A stretch of 64,000 bases of DNA from Rhodothermales bacterium (GTDB lineage Bacteria > Pseudomonadota > Gammaproteobacteria > Xanthomonadales > SZUA-36): NCBI GenBank assembly GCA_047614505.1, contig JBLHGQ010000002.1, positions 9,818-73,817 on the forward strand, given 5' to 3'. The notes under the pieces are model-generated. The model was not told where the DNA came from. It was given only the letters and a program-made list of their open reading frames with translations, and searched no databases. Shown here piece after piece: positions 35,192 through 44,638 of the stretch (position 1 is its first letter; the number at the start of each line of letters is the position of its first letter). The position numbers and the translations under genes were made by a program.

Positions 35192-36172
35192 ATGAATCAA
35201 GTGACAGAACAACCACGTCCAAACCATGAGGATATCATCACGGCACACCAGCGTATTTCGATGCATATTCGAAATACACGCATTGCACAAAGTGATGAGC
35301 TAAACAAGAAACTGGGTTGTGAGGTCTGGTCTAAATGTGAGAACCAACAGGAAACCGGTGCTTTCAAGTTGCGCGGCGCAAGCAACGCCATCTTGCATTT
35401 GCGGGAAAGAGGAATTGCGGAAGATGTCGCAACTCACTCTTCCGGCAACCACGGCGCAGCTCTGGCCCGCGCAGCAAAGCTCGATGGACGTAAAGCCTAT
35501 GTAGTAATGCCTCGAAATGCAGTTCCCTCCAAAATTGAAGCCGTCCGTAATTTTGGTGGCAAAGTAATACTCTGCGAGCCAACCCAGCAAGCCCGGGAGA
35601 ATGGACTGGCAGATTTGGTCGAGCAAGGATTCATACCGATTCCACCTTATGACCACATTGATATCATCGCCGGTCAGGGCACGGCTGCTCTTGAATTGCT
35701 CACCGTCAAACCGGATCTGGAAATCCTGATGACGCCCGTCGGTGGCGGTGGTCTAATTAGTGGCTCTTCGATCATTGCACGTCATATGAACTCCGAAATC
35801 ACCATCATTGGTGCCGAACCCATTGGAGCCGCTGACACGGCCGCGAGCTTCTCGCGTGGTGCACGCGTTTCATCCTGGAACCCCGATACAATGGCAGACG
35901 GGCTGCGCGCGCTTGTTGGTGAAATGACTTTTCCGATAATTTTGGATCTTGTGGACGATATCCTGACTGTAACTGAGGCTGGTCTTTTGCGCGGAATGGA
36001 GTTGATCTATGAATACATGGATATGATTATTGAACCTTCATCAGCAACCGTGATTGCAGCCTTGCTTGAATACCCTTCAGTTTTTGCCGGTAAGAAAGTG
36101 GGTCTGATACTTAGCGGTGGCAACATCGATACCAATATGTTTCCTGCAATGAAGACTTCACCCAGTGAATGA
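35192..36172 (+). CDS. PLP-dependent threonine/serine dehydratase family enzyme (serine racemase/hydroxyaspartate ammonia-lyase-like, no regulatory domain)
   Basis: ETGAFKLRGASNA (PLP Lys), HSSGNHGAALA and GGGGLISG loops. 326 aa. Confidence 0.8.
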   Translation: MNQVTEQPRPNHEDIITAHQRISMHIRNTRIAQSDELNKKLGCEVWSKCENQQETGAFKLRGASNAILHLRERGIAEDVATHSSGNHGAALARAAKLDGRKAYVVMPRNAVPSKIEAVRNFGGKVILCEPTQQARENGLADLVEQGFIPIPPYDHIDIIAGQGTAALELLTVKPDLEILMTPVGGGGLISGSSIIARHMNSEITIIGAEPIGAADTAASFSRGARVSSWNPDTMADGLRALVGEMTFPIILDLVDDILTVTEAGLLRGMELIYEYMDMIIEPSSATVIAALLEYPSVFAGKKVGLILSGGNIDTNMFPAMKTSPSE

Positions 36173-36743
36173 AACACAGGCACGCTGCGCATGGGCAGAC
36201 TCTGACCCTCTTAATGCGCAATATCACGATCAGGAATGGGGACGTCCCGAGCGCCGCGAAATCAGGCTGTTCGAAATGTTGACTCTGGAAGGCGCGCAGG
36301 CCGGCTTGAGCTGGTTAACGATCCTGCGTAAAAGAGCCGGTTACCGGAAAGCCTTTGTCGATTTCAATCCGGCTCGGGTGGCCGGCTTTGACCAGCAAAC
36401 TATAGATATCCTGGTCAATGACCCAGGTATAGTCCGGCATCGGGGAAAAATTGAATCTACCGTCAATAATGCACGAAGAATTTTGGCGCTTTGGGATCAG
36501 GGTCTTAGCCTGGAAAACCTGGTTTGGGAAATAGTCGATGGGAAGCCAAAAATAAATCGCTGGAAATCTATAGCTGATATCCCGGCAACAACGACGGAAT
36601 CAGTACAACTCAGCAAGAATTTGAAGAAGCTTGGCTTTCGATTTGTAGGCCCTACGACCTGTTATGCATTTATGCAGGCTGCCGGATTGGTGAATGATCA
36701 CGAAACCAATTGCTTTTGTTATTCGCAATGCCAAGAAAAATAA
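36165..36743 (+). CDS. tag: DNA-3-methyladenine glycosylase I
   Basis: RCAWADSDPLNAQYHDQEWGRP, LEGAQAGLSW and C-terminal Cys/His ligands typical of Tag. Confidence 0.9.
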   Translation: MNETQARCAWADSDPLNAQYHDQEWGRPERREIRLFEMLTLEGAQAGLSWLTILRKRAGYRKAFVDFNPARVAGFDQQTIDILVNDPGIVRHRGKIESTVNNARRILALWDQGLSLENLVWEIVDGKPKINRWKSIADIPATTTESVQLSKNLKKLGFRFVGPTTCYAFMQAAGLVNDHETNCFCYSQCQEK

Positions 36744-36793
36744 ATAATTCAAACAAGGCAATTTTGCCGAACAAACCAGTAGACAATTCAACA

Positions 36794-37303
36794 ATGACCC
36801 AAACACTTTACCTATTACGTCACGCCAAAGCCGAGCCCTGGATGCCCGGCATCAATGATTTTGCACGCAAGCTCAGTGAGCGCGGTTTAGAACATATGCA
36901 CCACCTTTCCCGCTGGGCATTGGCAAGCCTATCTGAACCTGAAGTGGTTTTGTGTTCTTCTTCAAATAGAACCCGTGAAACTCTCGAACCATTTTTCAAA
37001 ACCTGGACGGATTTGCCATCACACACCAATTACATGGATGAAATCTACGAGGGGAGCACCGGAACCTTGCACTCAATGGCTGAAAAGTTTTTTGAAAGAT
37101 CCGAAACAGTGATGATGATCGGTCACAACCCGGGTTTTGAGCACCTGGCAACTTCTTTAATGCGTGACCAGGATTCAGCGCAAATAAGCAAAATGGCTAC
37201 CGGTACTCTGGCGGTAATCGAATTCCCGGCTGGCTATGAAATCGATTGCGGTGAGGGCGTTTTAAGGGAATGGATTACACGTAGAAACCTTTCATTTGAT
37301 TGA
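36794..37303 (+). CDS. sixA: Phosphohistidine phosphatase SixA (histidine phosphatase superfamily)
   Basis: MTQTLYLLRHAKAE (RHG-type motif) and IGHNPGFEHL. ATG 36794 lies downstream of the tag stop. Confidence 0.8.
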   Translation: MTQTLYLLRHAKAEPWMPGINDFARKLSERGLEHMHHLSRWALASLSEPEVVLCSSSNRTRETLEPFFKTWTDLPSHTNYMDEIYEGSTGTLHSMAEKFFERSETVMMIGHNPGFEHLATSLMRDQDSAQISKMATGTLAVIEFPAGYEIDCGEGVLREWITRRNLSFD

Positions 37304-37756
37304 GTTCTCGTAGACTTTTGCAAGCCTGCTCAAGCCAATCTCGTCCTTTTCGTCAAACCGGTCCGGAAACGGACTGTCAATATCCAATACACCAATCAGT
37401 TCATTGTCTTTGAACAAAGGTACGACAAGCTCTGATTCTGAAGCTGTGTCACAAGCAATATGACCCGGGAATTCGTGAACATTAGCAACCCGTTGTAATT
37501 TACCACTTGCCGCAGCCGTACCGCAGACGCCCTGACCGAGAGGAATTTCAAAACATGCGGGCTTGCCTTGAAAGGGGCCCAATATCAATGTCTCATCTTG
37601 CAAGAAATAAAAACCCACCCAATTCACTTCCGAAAGCTCAAGCATCAACAAGGCACTAAGATTTGCTGCATTGGCAATCCGGTTACTTTGCCCGGAAAGC
37701 AAAGCTTCAGCCTGCTCGGCCACTAAGCGGTAATTTATCTGTCTTTCTTCATTCAT
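37292..37756 (-). CDS. msrC: Free methionine-(R)-sulfoxide reductase (GAF domain, YebR/MsrC-like)
   Basis: WVGFYF...LILGPFQGKPACFEIPLGQGVCGTAA...FPGHIACDTASESELVVPL, with the three conserved Cys. Confidence 0.8.
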   Translation of the reverse strand: MNEERQINYRLVAEQAEALLSGQSNRIANAANLSALLMLELSEVNWVGFYFLQDETLILGPFQGKPACFEIPLGQGVCGTAAASGKLQRVANVHEFPGHIACDTASESELVVPLFKDNELIGVLDIDSPFPDRFDEKDEIGLSRLAKVYENSIK

Positions 37757-38383
37757 CTACCCGGGCTCATTCTGCGCTTTTTCGAATACCAGCAACAAAT
37801 TGTTCGCCGGCATCTGATTGCGTTCTCGAAGTATCATTTGATGGCTGGTGGCCAGTATTTCAAGCGCTTCAATATCACGGATTCCCATTTCCGGTTTTCG
37901 TGCCTTTAGATCGCTATCGAATTGGCGGTTACTCTCCGAAGTGAAACTACCGCCAATATTAAATGGGCCGTAAAGACAAAAAATACTGCCAGGTTTGAGA
38001 CACTTCCCGGTGCCGGAAAACATTGCTTCGACACCTTGCCAGGACATGATATGGGCTGTATTTGCGGAATACACGGCATCAAAATTGACCGATGGAAAAG
38101 GGTTTTTAAGCACATCTAAAGGAATCGGAGCCTTAATGGACGCATTTCCGTACTCAAGTAACCGGGCTCCCAATTCAGGCAAAGCTTCGGGCCGATCAGT
38201 CGGCTGCCATTCTAGAGTTGGTAGTGACTCGCTGAAAAAAACTGCATGCTGGCCCCAACCTGAACCAATTTCCAGCACACAAGCCCCGGCGGGCAACAAT
38301 CGCTTCAACTGTTCAAAAATTGGTTGCTTGTTACGATCACTTGCAGAAGAGAAGTTAACAGAGGATTGTGTCCGCCCGGCCAT
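37757..38383 (-). CDS. DUF938-family SAM-dependent methyltransferase
   Basis: SASDRNKQPIFEQLKRLLP...VLEIGSGWGQHAVFF...LEWQPTD matches my memory of DUF938 proteins. Confidence 0.7.
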   Translation of the reverse strand: MAGRTQSSVNFSSASDRNKQPIFEQLKRLLPAGACVLEIGSGWGQHAVFFSESLPTLEWQPTDRPEALPELGARLLEYGNASIKAPIPLDVLKNPFPSVNFDAVYSANTAHIMSWQGVEAMFSGTGKCLKPGSIFCLYGPFNIGGSFTSESNRQFDSDLKARKPEMGIRDIEALEILATSHQMILRERNQMPANNLLLVFEKAQNEPG

Positions 38384-39753
38384 CAGCTCAGTAATTCCTT
38401 CATTACCCTGCTAAAACCCGCTTTTAATGCAGTTTCATTAATATGCTGACCATCTTCGACCAGCCGTTTTCCGGCCACATATACCGTGCGATTCATTTCC
38501 CTGCCTCCGGCAAATACCAGCGAATCCAAAATCGCATCTTCCTGCCGTCCGACAAGAAGTGGATGGCTGTTATCCAACTCGACAAGATCCGCCCGTCTTC
38601 CGGTTTCAATCACTCCACAATGTTGACCCAGTGCCTGGGCACCAGAAGTTGCAGCATGCTCATACAAGAAGCGCCCACAGCTTTGAAAATCAGTACATAG
38701 AATATTGCGGCGCTCTTGTCGCAGCCGTTCGGAATACTCTAGCATCCGTAATTCATCTGAAACTGATATACGCAAATTGCTGTCTGAACCAATACCGAAA
38801 CGACCACCTTCTCTGAGCCATGCTGCAGTATCGAAAAACCCGTCGCCAAGGTCGGCCTCGGTGGTAGGGCAAAGCCCGGCCACCACACCTGTCGCTGCCG
38901 CATCGAGGCGCTCAGATTCGAGCATATGAGTTGCATGAACGAGGCACCAGTTTTGATCTAATGCAACATTGTTCAATAACCATTCGACTGGCCGGGCACC
39001 AAGGTATTCTTTGCTTGCTTCTACTTCTGCGGCTTGCTCCGCGATATGAATATGAATTGGCATTCGTTCAGTCGAAATCGATTCCAGCAGATTCTTTAGT
39101 TCTTCAGAATGCACAGCACGTAAGGAATGAGGCGCAATCCCTAAGCAATGCAGTGATTGGCCGTCGATCGCCTTACGGCATGTCTGCAGAATCTCGAGAT
39201 ATTCATCCAGCTTATTACTGAATCGGCGTTGCTCATGGCCCGTCGACATCTGTCCAAAACCGGAAACACTGTACAGAACAGGAAGCAAGGTGACGGCAAT
39301 GCCACTTGAGTCTGCTGCAGACAAAATACGCAGGCTGGTTTCTGCACGCTGTGAATATGCCCCACCGTCAGGCTGGTGATGCAGGTAGTGAAATTCTGCA
39401 CAGGCGGTGTAACCGGCCATTAGCATTTCTGCATATACCCACGCCATGCAGACTTCGAGTTGTTCAGAAGTAATTTTATTCGCAAACCGGTACATGGCTT
39501 CGCGCCAGCCCCAAAAATTGCCGGTAGACTCCGCCCCGCCACCGGTCAAACCGCTGATCATTCTCTGGAACCCGTGACTGTGCACATTTGGCATACCGGG
39601 AATGACTGTGCCACATAATTGGACATCGGCACTACCCGGCAGCCCAGAACTAATCGACCCAATCAGGCCATTGGAATCTACTTCCAGCAGGACGTCATTG
39701 CGCCACCCGTCGACCAACAAGGCCTGTCTGCAATAAATTCTAGTCGCAGCCAT
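38383..39753 (-). CDS. hutF: Formimidoylglutamate deiminase
   Basis: 456-aa amidohydrolase. Contains ALLVDGWRNDVLLEVD, PGMPNVHSHGFQR, AEFHYLHH, PHSLRAV, HIHIAEQ, CLVHATH and GIGSDSN, collinear with HutF as I remember it. Confidence 0.85.
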   Translation of the reverse strand: MAATRIYCRQALLVDGWRNDVLLEVDSNGLIGSISSGLPGSADVQLCGTVIPGMPNVHSHGFQRMISGLTGGGAESTGNFWGWREAMYRFANKITSEQLEVCMAWVYAEMLMAGYTACAEFHYLHHQPDGGAYSQRAETSLRILSAADSSGIAVTLLPVLYSVSGFGQMSTGHEQRRFSNKLDEYLEILQTCRKAIDGQSLHCLGIAPHSLRAVHSEELKNLLESISTERMPIHIHIAEQAAEVEASKEYLGARPVEWLLNNVALDQNWCLVHATHMLESERLDAAATGVVAGLCPTTEADLGDGFFDTAAWLREGGRFGIGSDSNLRISVSDELRMLEYSERLRQERRNILCTDFQSCGRFLYEHAATSGAQALGQHCGVIETGRRADLVELDNSHPLLVGRQEDAILDSLVFAGGREMNRTVYVAGKRLVEDGQHINETALKAGFSRVMKELLS

Positions 39754-40549
39754 GACCTGGCTTCCAGGCCAAAAGGGTTACTATGAGATGTTTCAGGAAC
39801 TCCTGCACACCACCCGCAGCCTTCTCATCATATCTGAGTGTATCTTTATGCATATAAATGTCCTGTGACATTTCTAGTTGCAATGCATGAATATGCAGAG
39901 CGGGACAACCATAATGACGGGTAATAAATCCCCCTTTGAATCGTCCATCCACAACGTGGCTGTAGCGATTCTGGCCTCTGAAAATGTTTAACGCCTCTCC
40001 GGTCAAAGAAGGAGCCGCACTTCGACCTTCGAAACTGCCCAAATTGAGATCAGGTAAAACGCCGTCAAACAAACCAGGAACCCTGCTCCTGATCGAATGC
40101 GCATCAATTAATATTGCGTAACCAAAAGTTTCTTTCAAACGCGCCAGTTCATTCTTAATTGCCAAATGGTAGGGTTGCCAGTACATTTCGACCCGTTTTT
40201 TAATTTCTTCGGCGTCCGGCAGTTCCCATTGATACAAGGGCAAACCGGAAAAAGTTTCAATGGGAATCAAGCCAGGCGTTTTATTTTCGTACAAGGCTGC
40301 ATCATTTGAAGATCTGTTCAAATCTACAACATATCGTGAATAGTTTGCAGTTATCAGACCCGCCCCCAGTTCGGGTACCCACTCATAAAGGCGGTCAACG
40401 AACCAGTCAGTGTCCGGAAACATTGACGCTTTGGGACTTAGTCGCCCATTTATGCTAGACGGCAATCTGGTTCCCGCGTGCGGCACACTGACCAGTAACG
40501 GCAGACGGCTGGTATGGATTTTAAATACTTGACTCACTTCACTCATCAT
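39740..40549 (-). CDS. hutG: N-formylglutamate amidohydrolase (FGase family)
   Basis: 269 aa. LPLLVSVPHAGTRLP, YVVDLNR, IDAHS and LQLEMSQ motifs of the FGase family. It overlaps hutF by 14 nt. Confidence 0.8.
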   Translation of the reverse strand: MMSEVSQVFKIHTSRLPLLVSVPHAGTRLPSSINGRLSPKASMFPDTDWFVDRLYEWVPELGAGLITANYSRYVVDLNRSSNDAALYENKTPGLIPIETFSGLPLYQWELPDAEEIKKRVEMYWQPYHLAIKNELARLKETFGYAILIDAHSIRSRVPGLFDGVLPDLNLGSFEGRSAAPSLTGEALNIFRGQNRYSHVVDGRFKGGFITRHYGCPALHIHALQLEMSQDIYMHKDTLRYDEKAAGGVQEFLKHLIVTLLAWKPGHGCD

Positions 40550-40607
40550 ACTGGCTGACCTTCACATTGAGAACCGCAGTGATGACAATATAGCGGCTTT
40601 TCAAAGG

Positions 40608-40633
40608 CAAAAAAATGCCCGGATGAACCGGGC
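40608..40633 (-). terminator. Rho-independent terminator downstream of pilQ
   Basis: Stem TGCCCGG / CCGGGCA (40615..40621 and 40627..40633), 5-nt loop. On the minus strand it is followed by 7 U (A-run 40608..40614). Confidence 0.8.
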
Positions 40634-40657
40634 ACCTAATCAGTATGACATTCGCTT

Positions 40658-42865
40658 CTAATTCACCACAGGACGTTCTTCAACAATAGTTGGCGTTACG
40701 AAAATCAGAAGCTCTCTCTTTTGATTATCATTTGAACGTCTTCTGAACAGACCACCGATTCCGGGTATGCTACTCAGGTAAGGAACTTTGTCTTCGTTAC
40801 GGTTGCGTTCATCCTGGAAAATACCACCCAGAACAACCGTTTCACTGTTGTTAACCAATACGCTGGTTTGCAGTTCACGAGTATCAATTGATGGAACCGA
40901 GCCGCCACGGCCGGTCTGAAATATTACGCCAACCGTGTCCTGTTTTACCTCCAGTTCCAGCTGAATTCTGTTATCAGGTGTAATCAAAGGAGTTACACGT
41001 AATTCCAGCACAGCTTCCTTGAATGATACCGATGCGGCTCCGGAAGAAGTTGATTCTTCATAAGGAATTTCTACACCCTGCTGAATAAAGGCTTCGTGTT
41101 GATTGGCCGTAACAATACGCGGGGTTGAAATCACTTCACCTTCTCCATCTGCTTCCAGTGCTGACAATTCCAGATCCAGCAAATAATCCCCAGTCAAAAA
41201 TGAAAGGCCGAGAGATCCGCCAGCAGTGCTCGCTCGCGGCAGGTTAACGTTATAGCGTTGCGCAATATTCGGGATATCCAATGCTCCATCATCCCTTGGG
41301 TCAGTGGCGGGATTTACCAGATCCGCACCGAAGCCGTTACCAGCAATGGCCAGAATGTTATTTCCAACATGTGCTGCCGTCACGCCAAAACGAACACCCA
41401 GCTCGTGGCTAAAATCACTGCTCGCAACCACAATTCTAGACTCAATCTGTACCTGTTTGACCGGATGATCCAACTCGGCAACCAGCCGTTGAATCTCTGC
41501 TATTTTTTCTGACGTATCGGTCACCAGCAAAGTATTGGTCCGGTCATCAATGGTTACTGAGCCTCTATCTGATAGCAAACCACTATCACTATCAACCGCC
41601 GATCCCCCTCTTGATGATTGTTCAATCAGGGTGCGCAAATCTTCTGCGGTTGCGTAACTAACGCTGATCATTACTGTTTGTAGCGGCTCCAGCTCCTGGC
41701 GATCTTGAATAGCTTGCAGCAACTGCTGTTCACGATTGGCTATGTCTGCGGTTGGTGCGATCCATATAACGTTACCGTTTGAGCGCTTGTCCAGATTGCG
41801 TGCATCCAGAACAATATCCAGTGCCTGGTCCCAAGGAACATTGGTTAGTCGCAGGGTCAGGCTGCCGGAAACATTGTCAGCAACGACGATATTCAAATCA
41901 GCTACATCGGCGATGAGCTGCAAAACTGATCGGACCGGAATATCCTGGAAATTGAAAGTAACCCGGCTGCCTGAATAGGTTTTATCACCATATATTTCTA
42001 TTTTGTTGGTTGGTTGCTTAGCTTCAATAATGCGCTTTGCAACCTCAATAATGACATCAGTCCCGGATTGATAATAAGAATGCTCAAAAGCACCATCAAT
42101 TGCCATTTCAAAATGGACACCACTACCGCGCTGATCTGCATCAATTAACTGCACTGGTGTTGCGAAATCGACTACATTGAGCCTTTGATTAAGGTGGCTT
42201 GGCAGATTTGCGTTAAAGATGTCTGCACTCAGACCATCACTATCAACACTCACGGCAACATTGGCGCCGCTGCGGTTCAAGCTGACAATGACCTCACTCT
42301 GGCCGTCTTCTCCACGCCGGAAATCGATATTTTCAACGCTGAAACCGCTACTGGAAGCCGATGCCTGACGAGCTCCACCAGCAATTGCTAATACAACTTG
42401 TCCGCCCTCTGCGTTGTAGTCATAACTAACAACCTGAGAAAGGTCAACCATGATTCTCGTCCTGCCACCGGCTGCTAGAGTCGTGTAGCTTTCAACGGCA
42501 CCCTGACCAACGACGACTGGTGAAGAATCCACCGAACTATTGGTGTCTGCCATATCCAAAACGATTCTTGGCGGACTTTCGGTCGAAAATACGCTCACAA
42601 TTGGCGCATCACCGCTGGTATTGAGTGTAATGGTAACGCCACCATTACCTGAAGCACTGTGACTGGCGGAAGTAACTTCCGTTTCAGCCCATGACACAAG
42701 AGGTGTAAGTACCAGCAATAAACACAAGCTGGCGCGAATACTGAGAATTCTGCTATCCATGATCTGTCCCCATATTCTTGTCAGCGATCGATTCATCCTA
42801 AATACGTTTGTTGTACGCACGACACTACCCTCGATGTGTTGTTGTACTCTTTGTGTTCCCGCCAT
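40658..42865 (-). CDS. pilQ: Type IV pilus secretin PilQ
   Basis: AMIN-like N-terminal repeats and a secretin C-terminus (VPYLSSIPGIGGLFR...ELLIFVTP). ATG 42865 overlaps the pilP stop (TAATG). The signal peptide begins about 24 to 36 aa in, so the true start may be internal. Confidence 0.92.
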   Translation of the reverse strand: MAGTQRVQQHIEGSVVRTTNVFRMNRSLTRIWGQIMDSRILSIRASLCLLLVLTPLVSWAETEVTSASHSASGNGGVTITLNTSGDAPIVSVFSTESPPRIVLDMADTNSSVDSSPVVVGQGAVESYTTLAAGGRTRIMVDLSQVVSYDYNAEGGQVVLAIAGGARQASASSSGFSVENIDFRRGEDGQSEVIVSLNRSGANVAVSVDSDGLSADIFNANLPSHLNQRLNVVDFATPVQLIDADQRGSGVHFEMAIDGAFEHSYYQSGTDVIIEVAKRIIEAKQPTNKIEIYGDKTYSGSRVTFNFQDIPVRSVLQLIADVADLNIVVADNVSGSLTLRLTNVPWDQALDIVLDARNLDKRSNGNVIWIAPTADIANREQQLLQAIQDRQELEPLQTVMISVSYATAEDLRTLIEQSSRGGSAVDSDSGLLSDRGSVTIDDRTNTLLVTDTSEKIAEIQRLVAELDHPVKQVQIESRIVVASSDFSHELGVRFGVTAAHVGNNILAIAGNGFGADLVNPATDPRDDGALDIPNIAQRYNVNLPRASTAGGSLGLSFLTGDYLLDLELSALEADGEGEVISTPRIVTANQHEAFIQQGVEIPYEESTSSGAASVSFKEAVLELRVTPLITPDNRIQLELEVKQDTVGVIFQTGRGGSVPSIDTRELQTSVLVNNSETVVLGGIFQDERNRNEDKVPYLSSIPGIGGLFRRRSNDNQKRELLIFVTPTIVEERPVVN

Positions 42866-43413
42866 TATCCCTCACCCACTAAGATTGATGCATCTCTGAT
42901 CAGCCATCCACCCAAACCATCGGTGATCAGCTCGCTCAGACTTACCTGCGTTTCGCGAATTGAAGTTACTCTTCCATGATTCCTGCCTAGATAACTATCT
43001 ACAGGCACCCGATGTACAACCCCATCAGGGTCTCGAATCAGAGACCAATGATTGCCGTCCATCGCTAATGTTCCCACCATTGCCAAGGTGTCAAGTTCAA
43101 ATCGTTCCAAATATTCCTTTACGCGATTTGCATCCGGTTTGGGGCCATTCGAATCACTGTTTGATCCCACATCATCACTTCCTTCGGAAGTAGACTGACG
43201 AAATGGGTCACGACCGGTCTGACCTTCGTATGTATAAGGTGAATATGTTTTCACCGACGGAATCGGAGGGATGGGATCCGCCTGCCTTTGCTTCACTTCT
43301 TCAATGTATATGGTGAGGTCGTTCATTTCACCACCACACGCTGAAAGCAATAAAGCCGAGGAAATTGTCAGTATCAAGCCACGTGCCGATACATATTCGC
43401 GCAGACCATTCAT
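42865..43413 (-). CDS. pilP: Type IV pilus assembly lipoprotein PilP
   Basis: Lipobox LLLSAC. Size and position in the pilMNOPQ operon also fit. Confidence 0.85.
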   Translation of the reverse strand: MNGLREYVSARGLILTISSALLLSACGGEMNDLTIYIEEVKQRQADPIPPIPSVKTYSPYTYEGQTGRDPFRQSTSEGSDDVGSNSDSNGPKPDANRVKEYLERFELDTLAMVGTLAMDGNHWSLIRDPDGVVHRVPVDSYLGRNHGRVTSIRETQVSLSELITDGLGGWLIRDASILVGEG

Positions 43414-44033
43414 GGTGCTGCCCCCGCTTCCAATTGAGCTGCTTCTTCATCATCAACATTTCGATAAGTTTTCACCTGCCCTTCCAATATCAGGCGTCCT
43501 GCAAATTGTCCCACGGCACGGCGAAGGGAAATATCATGCATGGTCAAAATAACAACTCTGGGCAGTTTTGCGACACCGCTTACAAACTCCCCGAATTCAT
43601 GGAAGTCACCAAGCATACGAATATTAATCGGACGCTCTGCGTAGAAATCTTTTAACTCTTCCGTCATGGGTTCAAACAATTGCACATCGATTCCAGCAGC
43701 CAAAGCGGTCTGGGAAACATCTACCAGCAACTTATCCATTTCAGTCTTGCCTGGAAGTTGACGAAACATGATTTGAAGCAAATCCTGCATTTCAACCAAC
43801 TGTACTTCGTATTTCTCCAGGTTGGCCGCTTTTTGCTGCTTGGTTTCAAACTCACTTCGCAGAGCAAACTCTTGCTCCTTGACGAGGTCAAGCTCATCCC
43901 ACTTTTCGCTAATCTGTAGGTAATAACCGGCAACAACCAGTGCTATTAGCAACGCTGACAATAAAACATAGCGAACTGAAACCGGAGCGCCTCCAATATC
44001 TGCCCAATCAATGTCTTGAAATTCTTGAAACAT
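43410..44033 (-). CDS. pilO: Type IV pilus assembly protein PilO
   Basis: Single N-terminal TM helix, a coiled coil, then a ferredoxin-like domain. Supported by operon position. Confidence 0.85.
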   Translation of the reverse strand: MFQEFQDIDWADIGGAPVSVRYVLLSALLIALVVAGYYLQISEKWDELDLVKEQEFALRSEFETKQQKAANLEKYEVQLVEMQDLLQIMFRQLPGKTEMDKLLVDVSQTALAAGIDVQLFEPMTEELKDFYAERPINIRMLGDFHEFGEFVSGVAKLPRVVILTMHDISLRRAVGQFAGRLILEGQVKTYRNVDDEEAAQLEAGAAP

Positions 44034-44638
44034 CAGTCTGCCCCTCCATCAGTTTCAACGTCATAACCATCTTCTTTTGCTTCGGTGGCTCGTATCCGCA
44101 GTTTTGCGTTTACGGTGAATTCATAAGGCTCAACTGAAGAATTCGGCGCCCCGGCAGAAGAGCGAACCACTTTCAGATCAGGATCAATAAACAACTCATT
44201 TCTATCCAGACTTTGTAAATATGCTGACACACGGGCATTTGACTGGCTGTAACCACTGAAAATGACGGATGTCGCCTGCTGACGCACGGTATGCAGGGTT
44301 ACGCCAACCGGAATGCTTTTTGCCATCTGATCCAGCATCTCTACTGTGAGCGAACGACTGGCCTGCAATTGCTCAATAATTCGTTTACGCGCCAAGAGGC
44401 GTGACCGGGTTCGTTCCAGTTCTTCAATTCGCGTAATTTTCGATGTCAGAAGATTGATTTCAGTTTGAATGGTTTGATTCCGTAGCTGTTGATGACCGAT
44501 TTTCTGGTCGAATACCAGGCCAATCACGAAAACAAGAATGACACCCAGAACTGCAGTCATCATCGTTGAAAGCATGAACTGCCGTTGGCGTTCCCGGCGA
44601 AGTTCCTCACGCCATGGAAGTAGATTAATTCTCGCCAT
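44033..44638 (-). CDS. pilN: Type IV pilus assembly protein PilN
   Basis: MARINLLPWREELRRER is the hallmark PilN N-terminus, followed by a TM helix. Confidence 0.9.
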   Translation of the reverse strand: MARINLLPWREELRRERQRQFMLSTMMTAVLGVILVFVIGLVFDQKIGHQQLRNQTIQTEINLLTSKITRIEELERTRSRLLARKRIIEQLQASRSLTVEMLDQMAKSIPVGVTLHTVRQQATSVIFSGYSQSNARVSAYLQSLDRNELFIDPDLKVVRSSAGAPNSSVEPYEFTVNAKLRIRATEAKEDGYDVETDGGAD

